Assembly (NCBI RefSeq): GCF_006345805.1
Contig: NC_043009.1
Span: 53,134,001-53,198,000, forward strand
Direction: 5' to 3'
Length of the DNA: 64,000 nt
Source: Octopus sinensis
Taxonomy: Eukaryota
This document shows, one piece after another, positions 63,911 through 64,000 of this stretch; position 1 is the stretch's first letter, and each line of letters opens with the position of its first letter. The notes under the pieces are model-generated. The model was not told the DNA's origin, did not search any database, and saw nothing but the letters and a program-made list of their open reading frames with translations. The translations under genes and the position numbers were made by a program.

Positions 63911-63957
63911 TCTAGAGACACGCATGTTTCAGGGTCTTCGCCCGTCATCGGTCTAGA
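63911..63957 (-). ncRNA. Minimal type-I hammerhead ribozyme (CCGATGA variant)
   Basis: TCTAGA-CCGATGA-cGGG-cgaaga-CCCt-GAAA-catgcgtg-TC-TCTAGA; near-palindromic stem III; GUC triplet. Confidence 0.75.
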
Positions 63958-64000
63958 GTAGCAGAGGCCTGCTAGCTGAAGATATCTGTCTAGACTTCGT

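Overview
Eukaryotic, AT-rich, repeat-dominated window with no recognisable host protein-coding exon. The two dominant tRNA-derived SINE families and the very dense (TA)n/(CA)n/(TAA)n/(CATA)n microsatellites resemble an Octopus-type cephalopod genome; this taxon call is from recall and was not tested. Almost all ORFs in the track are microsatellite or SINE read-throughs. Real coding remnants are all transposon-derived. They comprise two CR1-group LINEs (13.4-15.8 kb with an open 525-aa RT ORF; 56.6-61.45 kb near full length with a CCCH-finger ORF1), several Penelope-like (RT/GIY-YIG) fragments, a Dong/R4-like 3' end and two RTE-like 3' ends. DNA transposon remnants include four mariner pieces, two DD37D/maT-like elements, a Tigger/pogo, a Sola2-like fragment and non-autonomous Helitron/Helentron elements. 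The main unannotated signal is a set of minimal type-I hammerhead ribozymes (HHRs) with palindromic stem III: about 8 with full cores and several degenerate. They sit in short non-coding cassettes bounded by (TA)n, arranged as diverging inverted pairs or tandem ~410-430-bp monomers, and three unrelated copies carry a CCGANGA core variant. A second signal is that the commonest SINE shares its 3' end with the CR1-like LINE, with compensatory changes in a hairpin. All coordinates and alignments were read by eye, so ends may be off by a few bases.
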